A stretch of 64,000 bases of DNA, from the NCBI GenBank assembly GCA_024679065.1, contig JAGIQG010000023.1:15996001-16060000 (forward strand), read 5' to 3'. Position 1 is the stretch's first letter, and every line of letters starts with the position of its first letter. Under the pieces are notes generated by a model that was not told the DNA's origin, made no database searches, and was given only the letters and a program-made list of their open reading frames with translations. Made by a program: the position numbers and the translations under genes. Shown piece after piece: positions 51,745-64,000 of this stretch. The stretch comes from Sphyrna mokarran. Lineage: Eukaryota.

Positions 51745-53216
51745 TCAGATAGTGCCCAATTACTTCTGCTTCTGTTTGTCCAGTTGAGGTCTGATTAATG
51801 TTTATCCAGGCACCATTATGTCAGGCAGTTTCAGATGATTTATGTTAATTAAAAAGCACTGCGAATAACCAATGTATTCTGACACTCCTAACACAGTAAG
51901 AGGGGGAGAAAAAATCCTTCTTATTGGAGGAAATTGAGCTTGCAAGAAGTCACCTCACTCCATCTTGATAGTACAGCGTAGAAGGAGCCCATTTGGCCCA
52001 TCGAGACTGCCTACTCTCTGATAGTGTGTCTTATCTAGGCCCTCTCCCATGCTCTATCCCCGTAACCCCACACGTTTGCCATGGCTAATATACCAAACCT
52101 GCACACCTTTGGACTGCCATGATGTCTGTTTGCCATAAAATTATATTGTTGACATGTCAGAGAAATTTGCAGTGGGATATTTGTTACATAATGTGTCACT
52201 GGATTTGGTATTCTGGAATGTGAACTCCTTATTTGTCTGCAGTTTTCGCCATCTCACGTGTGGCTTGCGTAAATTCAAATCCAGGGTAATAAACAATTCT
52301 GTGCAACATGTGCAGCATGTTGAATCACTTGACAAAATAGCTAAGTTACATTAACCAAAGAGGGTAAACTGGTAATTATGAAAGAAAACAATTTGTTTTG
52401 ATTTGTAATGCAGAGAAATATTTAGAATTGTTTTGGAGATAAAGTTTACAGTGCATTCCTCTTTTAAGTGGCTTTTGAATTCCAGTTGTGCATGTTTGAC
52501 AGTAATTGTCTGAACTTGATGGGAACTTGTGGGCAGATTATTTCAAAATAAAGTGTTGACTGATCTTGTCTACAATAAACACAATTTCCCTCCAATCTCG
52601 CGTGAACACTTGAAGGAATAGGCCAATTGTGTAGAAACGTTGTGGCATATCTAAAGGGAGGAGATCCCTTAATTATTTTTAAACTGTAACAGTTGAATTC
52701 TTGTGTGGACGGCAAAATCCTGAGGTGTTTTGCACCATGGGTGTCAGGGGAATGGGAGTAGGCTGTTTCACTCTACAAGTTCCCATTTTAACTTGCCCCC
52801 ACCCACCCATCCCAGAGTTCTATCAGTATGCCAGGAGTTTCCTGTAATGTAAAAGCAAGAGTTGGATGATGTGATTGGTACTGGAGGGATTTTCTAAATG
52901 TTAAAGCTCTTCAATGTCTGAATCTGAAATCTGATGCCTAATTAGGTTAAAGTTGAGAGATTTTTTTTTCTCTCTCAAGGAGAGGTCTTAAACTAACAGG
53001 AAATATTATTCTGTCTCCTTTATGGTTTTTGTCAGATAGTGCCCAGTTACTTCTGCTTCTGTTTGTCCAGTTGAGTTCTGATTAGTGTTTATTTAGGCAC
53101 CATTATGTCAGTCAGCTTCAAATGATTTATGTTAATTAAAAAGCACTGCACATTACCAACATATTCTGACAATCCTAATACAGTAAGAGGGGGAGAAAAG
53201 ATCCTTCGTATTGGAG
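51745..53216 (+). repeat. Direct repeat of about 185 bp (51745-51929 and 53032-53216)
   Basis: TCAGATAGTGCCCA.TTACTTCTGCTTCTGTTTGTCCAGTTGAG...CAGTAAGAGGGGGAGAAAA.ATCCTTC.TATTGGAG is present twice, roughly 85-90% identical by eye. Confidence 0.9.
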
Positions 53217-53234
53217 TGATTTGTGCCTTACGTA

Positions 53235-53645
53235 ATCTATCCTCTGAGTTTAGAAGAATGAAGGGGGATCTTATTGAAACTTACAGGATACTGTGAGGCC
53301 TGGGTAGAGTGGACGTGGGGAAGATGTTTCAATTAGTAGGAACAACTCGAACCAGAGGGCACAACCTCAGGCTGAAGGGACAATCCTTTAAAACAGAGAA
53401 GGAATTTCTTCAGCAAGAGAGTGATGAATCTGTGGAACTCTTTGCCACTGAAGGCTGTGGAAGTCAGGCCATTGAGTGTCTTTAAGACAGAGAAAGATAC
53501 GTTCTTTTTAGTAAGGGGATCAGGGGTTATGGGAGAAAAGGCAGGAGAATGGGGATGAGAAAAGTATCAGCCATGATTGATTGGCAGAGCAGACTCGATG
53601 GGCTGAGTGGCCTAATTCAGCTCCAGTGTCTTGTGGTCTTATTCT
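53235..53645 (+). mobile_element. CR1 3' end
   Basis: EFRRMKGDLIETYRIL.GL.RVD; FFSKRVMNLWNSLP; 3' UTR. Confidence 0.9.
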
Positions 53646-53729
53646 AGATGCGACAGTTTTTTTGTTCAGACAAATTATATATTGAAATTGTTACTGTTAT
53701 CTATCTTGCTACGCATTTTGTTTACCAAA

Positions 53730-54030
53730 AGAATCATAGAATCCCTACAGTACAGAAGGAGGGCATTTGCCCCACCAAGACGGCACTGACAACCATCCCA
53801 CAACCCCACATATTTACCCTGCTAATCCCCCTTGCCCCACACAAACAATTTAGCATGACCGATTTAATCTAACCCGCACATCGTTGGACTGAGAGAGCAA
53901 AGCGGAGCACCCAGAGGAAACCCATGCAACACGAGGAGAATATGCAATCTCCACACAGTCACCCGAAGCTGGAATTGAACTCAGGTCCTTGGTACTGTGA
54001 GGCAGCAGTGCTAACCACTGTACCACCTAT
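53730..54030 (-). mobile_element. HE1 V-SINE (tail A)
   Basis: Reverse HE1 consensus. Confidence 0.88.
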
Positions 54031-54509
54031 AGAAAGGCTATTAGAAAAATTATACTAAGGCTTATGCAATTTAGTGATCTATCTTGAAATTATCACCTTT
54101 GCTACGACTATGATAAATAGATAACCATTCAAGTGTTTGAGTTACTCAGTTCTTATATTACCTAACTTAAATATGACTTCAGAAGGAAGTAATCTGCAGT
54201 CATAATGCTGGGTGGTGTGTACTATTTAATTTATGTATGAGAAAACTGTGCATGGTATTGTTTTCAGATATACTTTCAGATGTTTTAAGAAATTGAGCAA
54301 TATCACAAAAAATAAGTTTTAATTTGTTATTAAATGATGTTATTGGAAAAAATTCTGAATATCTGCGACCATTTAAAAAACAAGCCACAATTAAATCTGA
54401 GATGTATTTAGATGCATGTACTTGTAACGGAGCAAAATGCTCCTGGAAATCTGAAATAACAGTGAAATACTGGAAATACGTTCCAGAAATCAGCAACCTG
54501 AAACATTTT

Positions 54510-54638
54510 GGCTGAATTTACGCTCGCCACAAAACAGGAAATTCCCATTTGAGGTCAACGGACTTTTAAATGATCCATCAAATTTTCCATTCCGCCCACA
54601 ACGATTTCCACGGCAGACGGGACCAGAAAATTTAGCCC
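54510..54638. mobile_element. MITE-like element nested in a Penelope-like family 1 remnant (about 54425-54700)
   Basis: TIR-like ends GGCTGAATTT...AAATTTAGCC; internal motif shared with 1478-1570. Confidence 0.5.
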
Positions 54639-55079
54639 ACTTACTCTGTTCCTCCCTTCACAGAAGCTGCCTGAATGCGTAATTTCCAGTGTAATTTTTA
54701 AAAATTGTACATATATGAAGACAGCAGAAATCTTCCACTTAATTTTGTACTGGTCCTGATGATGATGATTCTCCTGTTAATGTTTTCATCCTGCAGCTGA
54801 CCAGAACTACAACTCACAAATCTGGTAATTCATGGAAAAGTAAAGCAACAATTTTGTTCCTAAGCTGATGGCTGCTTTAAGTATTGTAACTATGTGGTGT
54901 AACTAGTCTCGCAGTAACCTGTCTCTTTCGGTCTGTATCTTCAGTGGCTCTAGCCTTGTCCTCAGGCTAGAGAAACTGAGGGATTGGGACTTCAAGTTCC
55001 TTTGGCCATAATTTACAGACAGCAGTTGGAGGCTTCTGAAGTCGACATCTGACACCATAGTGATACGGGGATGACACTC

Positions 55080-55490
55080 CTCACCCCAGTGACACAGCAG
55101 TGGTGGTCTTGCCTGAATGAACAATAGATTCCAATACCACTTAGTCCAGAGTCCTCTGCATATTATCTTAGCTGAACTTCAGTATGTTACTGAAGAAGTG
55201 CTGCACAATCACAGGTACTAAATGCAGATCTGTCTGTTCTCTTGGATGGATGTACCGTATACCATGGCACTATTTTGAAGAAGAGTAGGGAGATTTTCCT
55301 TAGTTGCTGGCCAATATTTATCACTCTTCCAGCAACACAGGAGGACTTTTTTTTTTGCTGGGAACTTGCGGCGTGCAGCTGGTTTGCCAGATTTTCCTCC
55401 TTGCAACAATGATCTCGCTCCCAAAAAATTGCATTGGCTGTAAAAGTGCTTTAGGACTTCCTGAAAGGTGCTTATGAATGCCGGTATTCC
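55080..55490 (+). mobile_element. Degraded Deu-domain SINE
   Basis: CCATGGCACTATTTTGAAGAAGAGTAGGGAG..TGGCCAATATTTATC...CATTGGCTGTAAAAGTGCTTTAGGAC. Confidence 0.7.
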
Positions 55491-56554
55491 TATTGTTTTG
55501 TGATACCAGGTGGCTAACCTAGCCACCACCACCCCCACCGCCCCTTTTGGTGCAGGCTTTGCAAAAGAGCACTGGACAAATGACTGAAGCCAGAATGAGA
55601 TGGAACGTTCTTTAGGAGAATTCCCTGCAATGTACTGAGGTGGTTGGGGGTGGGGAGGGGGCTTTGTTTCAGAACAATCGCCCATTGGCTGTGCATTGCT
55701 TCTGGAACAAGTAACCTCTTTTGTGTATGTGGAAGTGTGAGTGGTGGCAGGCAAGCCATGTGTTGCCATGGGCAACACTTCATTCAGTCCATTTTGCGTG
55801 ATGGACAGCTCTTGTGATGATTGCAGTGTACGCTGGAGTCACTGTTTCTTCAGAGGCTGCTGTTGAGGGAAGTCTGGATTTTGACAGTGAAGAAGCCTTT
55901 GTCATTATTCACCCATACTTTCAGAACAGGCTGATTATGACTTAGCTTTGTTCACTGAGTATCTTTTCCCATCTCCTGAAAAATAGCAGTTTGAATGCTG
56001 AATAATTTATTGCCAGTTGTGCCCTTTAAAAATACATGTTGTGGGTGGAAACTTGGACCAGTTGAATATTTTTAGGAGTTGGGTCCATTCCTGGATCCCA
56101 ACCCTGCGTTGGTTGTTGTGCGCAGACTGGCATGATCTCCCAGGAGGCATCTTTCTATTTGGCTGCCTCCGCATTTGTCATGCGATGAAGTTCACTGGCC
56201 AGTTTCCTGAGGCTGCCAGTCCTTCCAAAGAGTCTGCAGCTGCTGCGACCCCCGCTGGGAGAGGTAGTCAAGCAGGCAAGGGAGCATGAGGGTGCCTTAA
56301 ACTGGACGTGTCCTCAGAAGTACTCACCCTATTCCCAAAGCAGAGACCTGAAGGGCCGTTGGAGTGGAAGGGAAACCCATCTGGAGAACTTGCTTAAGCA
56401 ACAAGTGAGGCCTTTCGTACCCATGGGCCTTTCATTGGGGCATGGAGCATCCAATGGCCAATAAACTGGGAGGCCATTTTCATGGAGCTGCACCCAACAG
56501 AGGTCCAGTTCCAGAGTTCGATCCTGCACCCACCGCTTCCAGTCATCAGTGGCT

Positions 56555-56680
56555 TAGAACAAAGAAAAAGTACAGCACAGGAACAGGCCTTTTGACCCTC
56601 CAAGTCTGTGCCGACCATAATGCCCTAACTAATAAACCCTCTACGTCCCCCTATTCCCTCCCTATTCATGTACCCATCCA
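56555..56680 (-). mobile_element. CR1 3' tail
   Basis: AGAACAAAGAAAAAGTACAGCACAGGAACAGGCC..GTCTGTGCCGACC. Confidence 0.7.
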
Positions 56681-58049
56681 GGAGCTTTAATCGATAATCA
56701 TTGCTGGTTGAGTGGCCTCAGCCAATATTCACCTCCCTCTGCCAAGATCGCTGGGTGACAGGCACTTGTTGTGGCATTGACCCATTATCCTTACCTCTGA
56801 TGAAGCTCCAGATTCTGCCTTAAACGCCCCCACTTTGCTGTCCTAGGAAGATTCTGCCCTTTGTGGGATTAGTTTTAATATGGGATCATGTAAATTGTTT
56901 CTGATTTTTGCGGTTGAGCGTGGCAGTAATTGGAAAATGATCTGCGCTGTTGGAGTTTAATAGGCGTAACCGAGATTTTTTTCTGTGCTGTTTATTCTGC
57001 TGACTAATAGAAAGCATTATTTCTTCCTGTGATGATTTTCGCACTGCTTGGAGATGCATGTGGCCCATTGGAGTATTGCAGAACAAATGGAAATAAATCC
57101 ACTTGTCTTGCTGACTGCCAGCTTCTCAAAGGCGGTTAATGATGGGTGACAAATGCTGATTTAGCCAGGGTGCCCACATCCTGGGGGAAAAAACCCAGGG
57201 GAACTGGGTTAAATAGATCATCGAGAGCTGGTGTAAGTGTGATGGGCCAAACTGTCTTCTGTACTGTAACATTCTGCCACCTTCAAGGGACATTGCTACA
57301 ATCTAACATTCACCACTCCTACACAGAGACTAACTGAATACAGATGGCTTCCAGTTATCAGCAAGATTGGGTGTGGGCTGCTTCAGTTATTAAGCCTGTG
57401 TGTTTACACTGGCAACAGTATGTGACATCCACAATGCAATAATTCACAAAGGAGTGTTAAGTTCAGGGGTGTTAATTTCCAGGGTGTTAATGGCAGGAGG
57501 GATGCATTGAATTTGTTGCTCACTGTAGATTATCGTAGGACACTCGCCCCCCTCAAAGGAGTATCGTAGACAGCTAACAAAAGCTAACATCGAATAGCGT
57601 TGCGACCAGAATCTTTCCCAGTGTGTTTAAACCCTAACTATCCTGTTAGTGGGAATTGGATAATTACTGAGAGAAGGGAAAATTGCAGGGCTATGGGGAA
57701 GGAGTAGGAGGAGTGGCACAAACTGTGTTGCTTTTCAAAAGAGCTGACACAGACTTGATGGGCTGAATGGCCTCCTTTCCAGCTGGATTATTCTGGTATT
57801 CTATTCCTGAGATTTATTTCTGCTAGCGAAGTTTCTTCCCACTGTCACTATTGATGATTTTGCTCCTGGTGTTGTAGCTTAGATAAGTCAAAGGTCATGA
57901 GACATTTAGCTGATGCAACTTGAATGCTACATCCGTTTTTCTTGCGTTTTGTATTATGTTCCTTTGGTTCTGACATTGTCAGCAATTGTGACTGCTGGGG
58001 GTCTGCGTAGCTCCTTCATGCTTAAAGTATATTTTTTCCTAAATTTTTG

Positions 58050-58365
58050 CACAATGCTTAACACTGCTGCCTCACAATGCCAGGGATTCAGGTTCAGTTC
58101 TGGCCTTGGGACACTGTATGGAGTCTGCATATTCTTCCCATGTCTGTGTGGGTTTCTTCTGAGTGCTCTGATTTCCCTTCTCACTCCAAAGCTGTGTGGG
58201 TTAGGTTGATTGGCTATGCTAAATTGCTACTTCGTGCCCTGGAATGTATAAATTAAAGGGATTACTGAGGTAAATATGTATGGTGATGAGGATAGGACCT
58301 AGATGGGATTGTTATTGGTGCAGACTAGATGGGCTGAATGGCCTCCTGCACTATAAGATTCTATG
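58050..58365 (+). mobile_element. HE1 V-SINE (tail A)
   Basis: HE1 consensus. Confidence 0.86.
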
Positions 58366-58496
58366 AAATTCCAGTATTTGCTGCAAAAATAGAACTTAAT
58401 TATTACCGGCACGGCATGTTCATTTTATATCAGAAAAATCGGCTGTTAAAGGGAGAGATGTTGTAGCTAATGCTTGTTTAGAATGAGGCTAATTTG

Positions 58497-58820
58497 ACGG
58501 CATGGTGGCACAATGGTTAGCACTGCTGCCTCACAGCGTCAGGGACCCAGATTCAATTCTGACCTTGGGTGACTGTGCAGACTCCACACAGACATTCTCC
58601 TCGTGTCTGTGTGGGTTTCCTTCGAGTGCTCCAGTTTCCTCCCATAGTCCAAAGATGTGGATTAGGTGGATTGGCTATGATAAATTGCCTCTTAGACCCC
58701 CTGACACTAACTATGGTAAATGCATGGGGTTATGGGGATAGAACCCAGATGGGATTGTGGTCAGTGCAGACTTGATGGGCCGAATGGCGTCTTCTGCATT
58801 GTAGGATTTGATAAATCTAT
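58497..58820 (+). mobile_element. HE1 V-SINE (tail A)
   Basis: HE1 consensus with intact A-box- and B-box-like motifs. Confidence 0.9.
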
Positions 58821-60154
58821 GAAGATTTATTGTACATTTGATTCCACCACAATGTGTTGTTTTCACTTTGGTAAGTTGCTATGTTGTCCTGGCTGGCACC
58901 ACGCTCCTCCTGCATTGACAGTGTTAGAAGTCAAATAAGGGTTGCCTCTCCAGGTTGAAGCAGAGATTGAGTGCTCTGTCACCCACATTCTGCAGTAATT
59001 ACAACTTCTTTTGCTTTACAGTTGCAGATTTCCTCATCCGCTTTGACACATCTAAGTCGAACATCCAGACACTAACGTGGAGAGTTTTTATTGTGGTAAT
59101 CTCTTGTGGGTTTGTTCAGGCATTTGCTCTTTCTTTTAAAATTTGCTTTCAAACTTTTGAGAAACTGGAGTGAGAATTGGATGAAACACAATTTCTGTGC
59201 AACGATCTTGCCACTTTGCACAGATGGAAAGCCCCGGAATCAGAGCAGCTGCAGAATGACGTGTGGAGCACAGAAGTGTTTTGTGCACACGACTGCCTTC
59301 GAATCTACAAGCAGCCCGTCAGAAAATGTGTAAGGCAGCTTTCCTCTGAAACAGCTGTGTATTTGTTTCTAATATGAGCTCATTTGCAACCTCTGTGATA
59401 AATTTAAGGCACACACTGCCAGATGTTGTTCTTTTTTTAAAAAGTGGGTGGTAATGTGTGGGTATCCATTAACATCTGGATTTGAAAGTACTTCTTTTTA
59501 TAAGTTGCTTCTCCTTGTAGCTCTGAAAAGGAGCTATGCGCACAATATCACTCTGATGGGATGCTTCTGTTTCTCTCTGCTCAGAATTTCTGATGCTTAT
59601 TCTGAGGATTCAGCATTCTCTATACTCCAGCCTCTGTTTGGCTCCAATAGCCATTGATGGTGCATGTTGCTAATTTGTGCAGCGTTTTTAATATAAAAAA
59701 ATTATTTCTGCCTTTGACCACCCCTTCCTGATCTTTGCTTTGATTCACTGTGCTTCCTCCTTAGCACTTTTTAGAGGTTTTTCAATGTTAACGCCACTGT
59801 TGGTTGGTTTCTCCTCCTTTGTGAATGAGTTCAACATTAGTACTGAGGTCATTAACCTGATGTAGCTACTTTGTTGAAACTTTGTACAAACGCGCAAAAA
59901 TGATAGGCAGGAAACAACTAGCTGATCTCTTGAGTCTGCCATACTCTCACAATGACTGGAGAGTCATGAGTAGACGTTTCCTTCCCCTGTAGCGAGTATG
60001 TAGCCTCCTGAGAGAGGCAAAAATATCTATGTACAGTTACTAAACTTCTCCTGTAGTTGATACTTGTAACGAATCCTCAGACGTTAAACTGAAGTGGATT
60101 AAAAGATCCCACTGACGCAGTTTTTTACGAAGAGCGAGGGAGTTCCTCCTGGTA

Positions 60155-60329
60155 CAAAAACAGAAAATGCTGGAAAATCTCGGCAGGTCTGACAGCATCT
60201 GTGGGGAGAGAACAGAGCTGTCGTTTTGAGTCTTTGTCAGACACAGATGCTGTCAGACCTGCTGAGATTTTCCAGCATTTTCTGTTTTTGTTTCAGATTC
60301 CAGCATCCTCAATATTTGCTTCTATCTTA
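60155..60329. mobile_element. Penelope-like family 1 fold-back inserted in a Deu-SINE (about 60095-60545), with TSD of about 15 bp
   Basis: Arms 60154-60203 and 60242-60291 are complementary at 49 of 50 positions. GAGTT(CC/TT)TCCTGGTA at 60140-60154 and 60330-60344. Confidence 0.85.
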
Positions 60330-60559
60330 GAGTTTTTCCTGGTAGTTTGATCAATCTTTATCCTTCAAAACCCCATCACCAAAAAAAAAGCAACTTTTCT
60401 GATCTTTATCACGGTTGCTGTTATTGGGGACTGGCTATGTATAAATTGGCTGCCAACTTCTCTACTGTGGAATAGTCACCACGTGTAATTGGCTGTAAAG
60501 TGCTTTGGAATACCCTGTAATTATGTTACGCACCACGTAAATGCTTGGAGCATTCAATT

Positions 60560-61130
60560 TAGAATCGTAGAGTGGTCGCAGAGTAGGCAGTTGTCTTTTG
60601 GCCCATTGCGTCTGTCCTAGCCCTCTGCAGGAGCAAATCATCTCGTGTCACTTCCCCTTGCCTTTTCCTGGTAGCTTTTTGTGAATGTTGCCTTTTCAGA
60701 TAATCTATTTCCCTTTTGGAACTTCCTGTTGACCCTACCCCCACCACATTGAGTCTGTGCATTTCAGATCGTGACCTCTTACTTTGAGTAAAGTTTTCCT
60801 CATATTGCCATCGCTTCTTTTGCCAAGCACCTTAAATCTGTCCCTCTGGTTCTCAATCCTTTCACCAATGGGAACAGTTTCTCCCTATCTACTCTGCCCA
60901 GACCTCTCGTGATATTGAATTCTTCTATCCAATTGCCTGTCAAGCTTCTGCAAGAAAAACAATTCTAATTTCTCCAATCTTTCTACAGAACTGAAGTTGG
61001 TCATTCTTGGAACCAATCTTGTAAACCTTCATGTTTTTCCCAGAGTGCGGTGCCCAGAACTGAATGCAATGCTCCCGTTGAAACTGATCCACTTTTTTAT
61101 ATAAGTTTAATATAGCTTGCGTTTATATTT
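60560..61130 (-). mobile_element. Old CR1 3' region
   Basis: Reverse TRG..FKV and LHSVLGT-like remnants plus a CR1 tail. Confidence 0.75.
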
Positions 61131-61134
61131 AATA

Positions 61135-61425
61135 GAGTGGCACATGGTTAGCACTGCTGCTTCACAGTACCAGGGGCCCGGGTTCAATTCCAGCCTGGGT
61201 CACTGTCTGTGTGGAGTTTGCACCTTCTTCCCCTAGTGCTTCGGTTTTCTCCCACACTCCAAAGATATCAGGTTAGGATGATTGGCCATGCTACATTGCC
61301 CCCAGTATCAGGGGGATTAGCGGGGTAAATATGTGGGATTACTGGAATAGGGCTGGGTGGAATTATGGTTGGTGCAAACTCAATGGGCCAAATGGCCCCC
61401 TTCTACACTGTGAGGGATTCTGTGA
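61135..61425 (+). mobile_element. HE1 V-SINE (tail A)
   Basis: HE1 consensus. Confidence 0.88.
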
Positions 61426-61559
61426 TAATGTCCACATTTTATTGCATTTGAACATGGACTGCTTCATTATCTAAGGAGTTGCTGAACATTGTGCAATCAT
61501 TGGTGAACATCCCCATTTCTGACCCTATGATGGGAGAAAGGTCAGAAGTAACTGTAGTC

Positions 61560-62410
61560 AAACAGGCTCTGACCTTTAACTCTTCTGGGACATCTTCTTT
61601 CTCCAGCACTGCAAAGTTCTGCTTGATCAATAGTGTCACTCTCCTCCTGCCTTTTCTCTCTTTTTCCTCAATACCTTGGAACCAAGAATATTTAAAAAAC
61701 CTTCCTGCCCTTCTTTGTACCAGTTCTCTGTTTTCTCCACCACATTTCAAAGTGGCTATCCTTGGCTGCATCTCACCAATCACTGCACACATCCATGTCA
61801 ATCACTGCATGTTTCACATTGTTCCTTTCCCTGTTACGCTGAACCCATCTATTTCCTCATCTGGTACGATCAGCCTTTAACCGCTTGAGTGTTAGTACCC
61901 CTCCTGGCTCCAGTTGAGTTGACTTAAACCTCCCCAATAGCACTAACAAATCACCTGGGATGAAGTGTACCCGGTTGTGTTTAGATGAGGCCTGTAGAGA
62001 CCCCATCTCGCCTAGAACTGATTCCAATGTCCCAAAAATCCTGCAGGATCACTCCAGCCATGCATTCATTTACTCTATCCTCTAATTTCTGTATTCACTA
62101 GTGCAGAATAACGAGAGTAATTTTGAGATTTTTCTTGCTGGTTTCCCACCTAGCCCCCTGATTCTGACTAAAGGACCACAGCCCTGTTTTCAGTCAGAAA
62201 GATAACATACCATCCTGTGTTAACATCAATGGCTGTCCCACTAACTACTGAATCTGTGAGCACTAGTGCTAATTTTCCTCATGCCCCCTGAATGACTAAG
62301 GCAGGTCTTGGACTTGGCTCTGGCTGTGCTCCCCAAATTAACTATCACTTTCATCAGTATTTATAACTGAATACTGTTTAGAGAGTGAGACGCACACTGG
62401 GAACTCCTGC
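61560..62410 (-). mobile_element. Old CR1 5' region (ORF1 / endonuclease start)
   Basis: Minus ORF ..RKGRRRVTLLIKQN..LEKEDV resembles the CR1 APE endonuclease N-terminus. Confidence 0.55.
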
Positions 62411-62414
62411 ACTA

Positions 62415-62695
62415 TTTATTTATGTCACAAGTAGGCTGACATTAACACTGCAATGAAGTTATTGTTAAAATCCCCTAGTTGCCACAGTCCAGCAACTTGT
62501 TTGGGTACACCGAGGGAGAATTTAGCATGGTCAATGCACCTAACCAGCATGTCTTTGGGATTGTGGGAGGAAACCAGAGCACCAGGAGGAAACCCATGCA
62601 GTCAGGAGGAGAATGTGCAGACTGCACAGATAATGACCCAAGCCAGGTTCCTGGCAAGTGGAGCAGCAGTGCTAACCATTGTGCCACTATGCATG
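62415..62695 (-). mobile_element. HE1 V-SINE (tail B)
   Basis: Reverse tail B ending GCCTACTTGTGACATAAATAAATA. Confidence 0.9.
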
Positions 62696-63002
62696 CCTCA
62701 TTTTCCTATTCTTTCTTGACTGCCTGTTGGTCTGCCATTCCTCTTCTCCCTTCATCCCCTTAGGCTGTTGGGTGACCATATCTATAAATAAACTATCCAC
62801 AAATCTCTGAGTTCACGAATACACGGCAGTGGTGTCAGATACCGCTTGTATACTAAAATCTGGAGCTCGCAATGCTGTAGCTGTCGGAAATTCCTGCATG
62901 TATGGCTAACCAGGAGTTCTCCACATGGAGCAGAATGGGGACTCCAAAGCTTGGGCTGCCTGCCCTTATTCCATCTTTAGATAGTGAGACAAATCAGAAT
63001 TG

Positions 63003-63320
63003 TAGAACCACAGAATCCTACAGGGCAGAAGGAGGCCATTTAGCCCATCGAGTCTGCACCAACTCTGACACAGCGTCTTACCAAAGCCCATTACCCTTTC
63101 GTCATAACCTTATGCATTTACTCCACTAATCCCCCTACATATTGGACACTAAGGGGCAATTTTGCATGGCCAGTCCACCTAACCAGCACACTTTTGAACT
63201 GTGGGAGGAAACCAGAGCATCCGGAGAAAACCCACGCAGACACGGGGAGAATGTGCAAACTCTACGCAGACAGTGCCCAAGGCTGGAATTGAACCTGAAT
63301 TCTCAACCACTGTGACACCA
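63003..63320 (-). mobile_element. HE1 V-SINE (tail A)
   Basis: Reverse HE1 consensus. Confidence 0.9.
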
Positions 63321-64000
63321 TTCTGCCTGTTCCAATACTTGAGAAACCTCTGTATGGTTCTGATTGTGGAAGTAGCCTTTGCTTTGAAAGGGGAGATGAA
63401 TCCTTGTTTGATGTGTGCGAATGTTGACTGAATCATTAATAATCTGTCTGTTGCTAAAGAAATGAATGTGCCAGAGTCTACAGTAAATGTAGAATCTGTG
63501 AAAAACCAAACCCTAGTGTATGCCTCTATATACTGGCTGCATGTAAGAAACAGATGGAATATAAGACTCACAAGTTTCATTGATGTTTGGGCACAGGGAA
63601 AGTATCCAAATTGCCAAATTGCTCTGGTTTAAAGTCATTACTGGACGCTACTTGATGCAAAAATTGACAAACCGACCAGAGAGGGGAGATACAAATTCCT
63701 TGCACTCCCCGTGTGACATCTCATTAAGCAAGTTATTGCTTAATTCAAGTTATTGCCTCTGAAGTGGCCCAGCAAGGTTATTTAGGGACGGGCAACAAAC
63801 ACTTGCCTTTCCAGCTACCCCCACATCCCATGAAAGAATGACTAAATGCGACCTAAAGGTCAGGAAGATGACCCAAATGTCACGGTTTTCAAAAGATTTT
63901 AATTTCTGATGTCATTTACTCAAAGGATTATAACACTGCAGAAAAGGGTTTCTTACGTGGTGGGACAGAATGTAGAAGAAAAGATAATGGGAGCTTGTCA

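Noticed and set aside
55218-55778. 186-aa minus-strand ORF
   Set aside because: Half of it overlaps a decayed Deu-SINE; no domain or codon signal.
58497-58570. tRNA-like A/B boxes at SINE 5' ends
   Set aside because: These are SINE heads without a complete cloverleaf; no true tRNA gene was seen.

Overview
Eukaryotic, AT-rich, CpG-depleted DNA, most likely from a shark. This is inferred from HE1/V-SINEs, HER1/CR1 LINEs and SacSINE/Deu-type SINEs, all recognised by eye without a database search. The only host coding sequence I can support is the first coding exon (17376-17621, +) of a MAP kinase-activated protein kinase (MK2/MK3 family). It has a CpG-rich promoter/5' region with a perfect CRE and two CCAAT boxes. 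I found no exon 2, so 17622-64000 appears to be a single intron of more than 46 kb. The rest is dense in retroelements: CR1 fragments (one young, with an intact ORF2 C-terminus), a Rex1/Babar LINE, about 25 HE1 SINEs with two alternative tails, Deu-domain SINEs, and short Penelope-like elements, several carrying hammerhead ribozyme cores. I found no new protein-coding system. The most interesting signals are non-coding: hammerhead-bearing fold-back mini-elements with TSDs, a double-tailed CR1 palindrome with a TSD, SINE tail-swapping onto a Rex1 tail, a possible new Rex1-dependent non-autonomous element, a templated inverted duplication, translational-control features in the kinase 5' leader, and a kB/ISRE/AP-1 cluster in the intron. 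Repeat boundaries are approximate (about +/-20 bp) unless a TSD is given.
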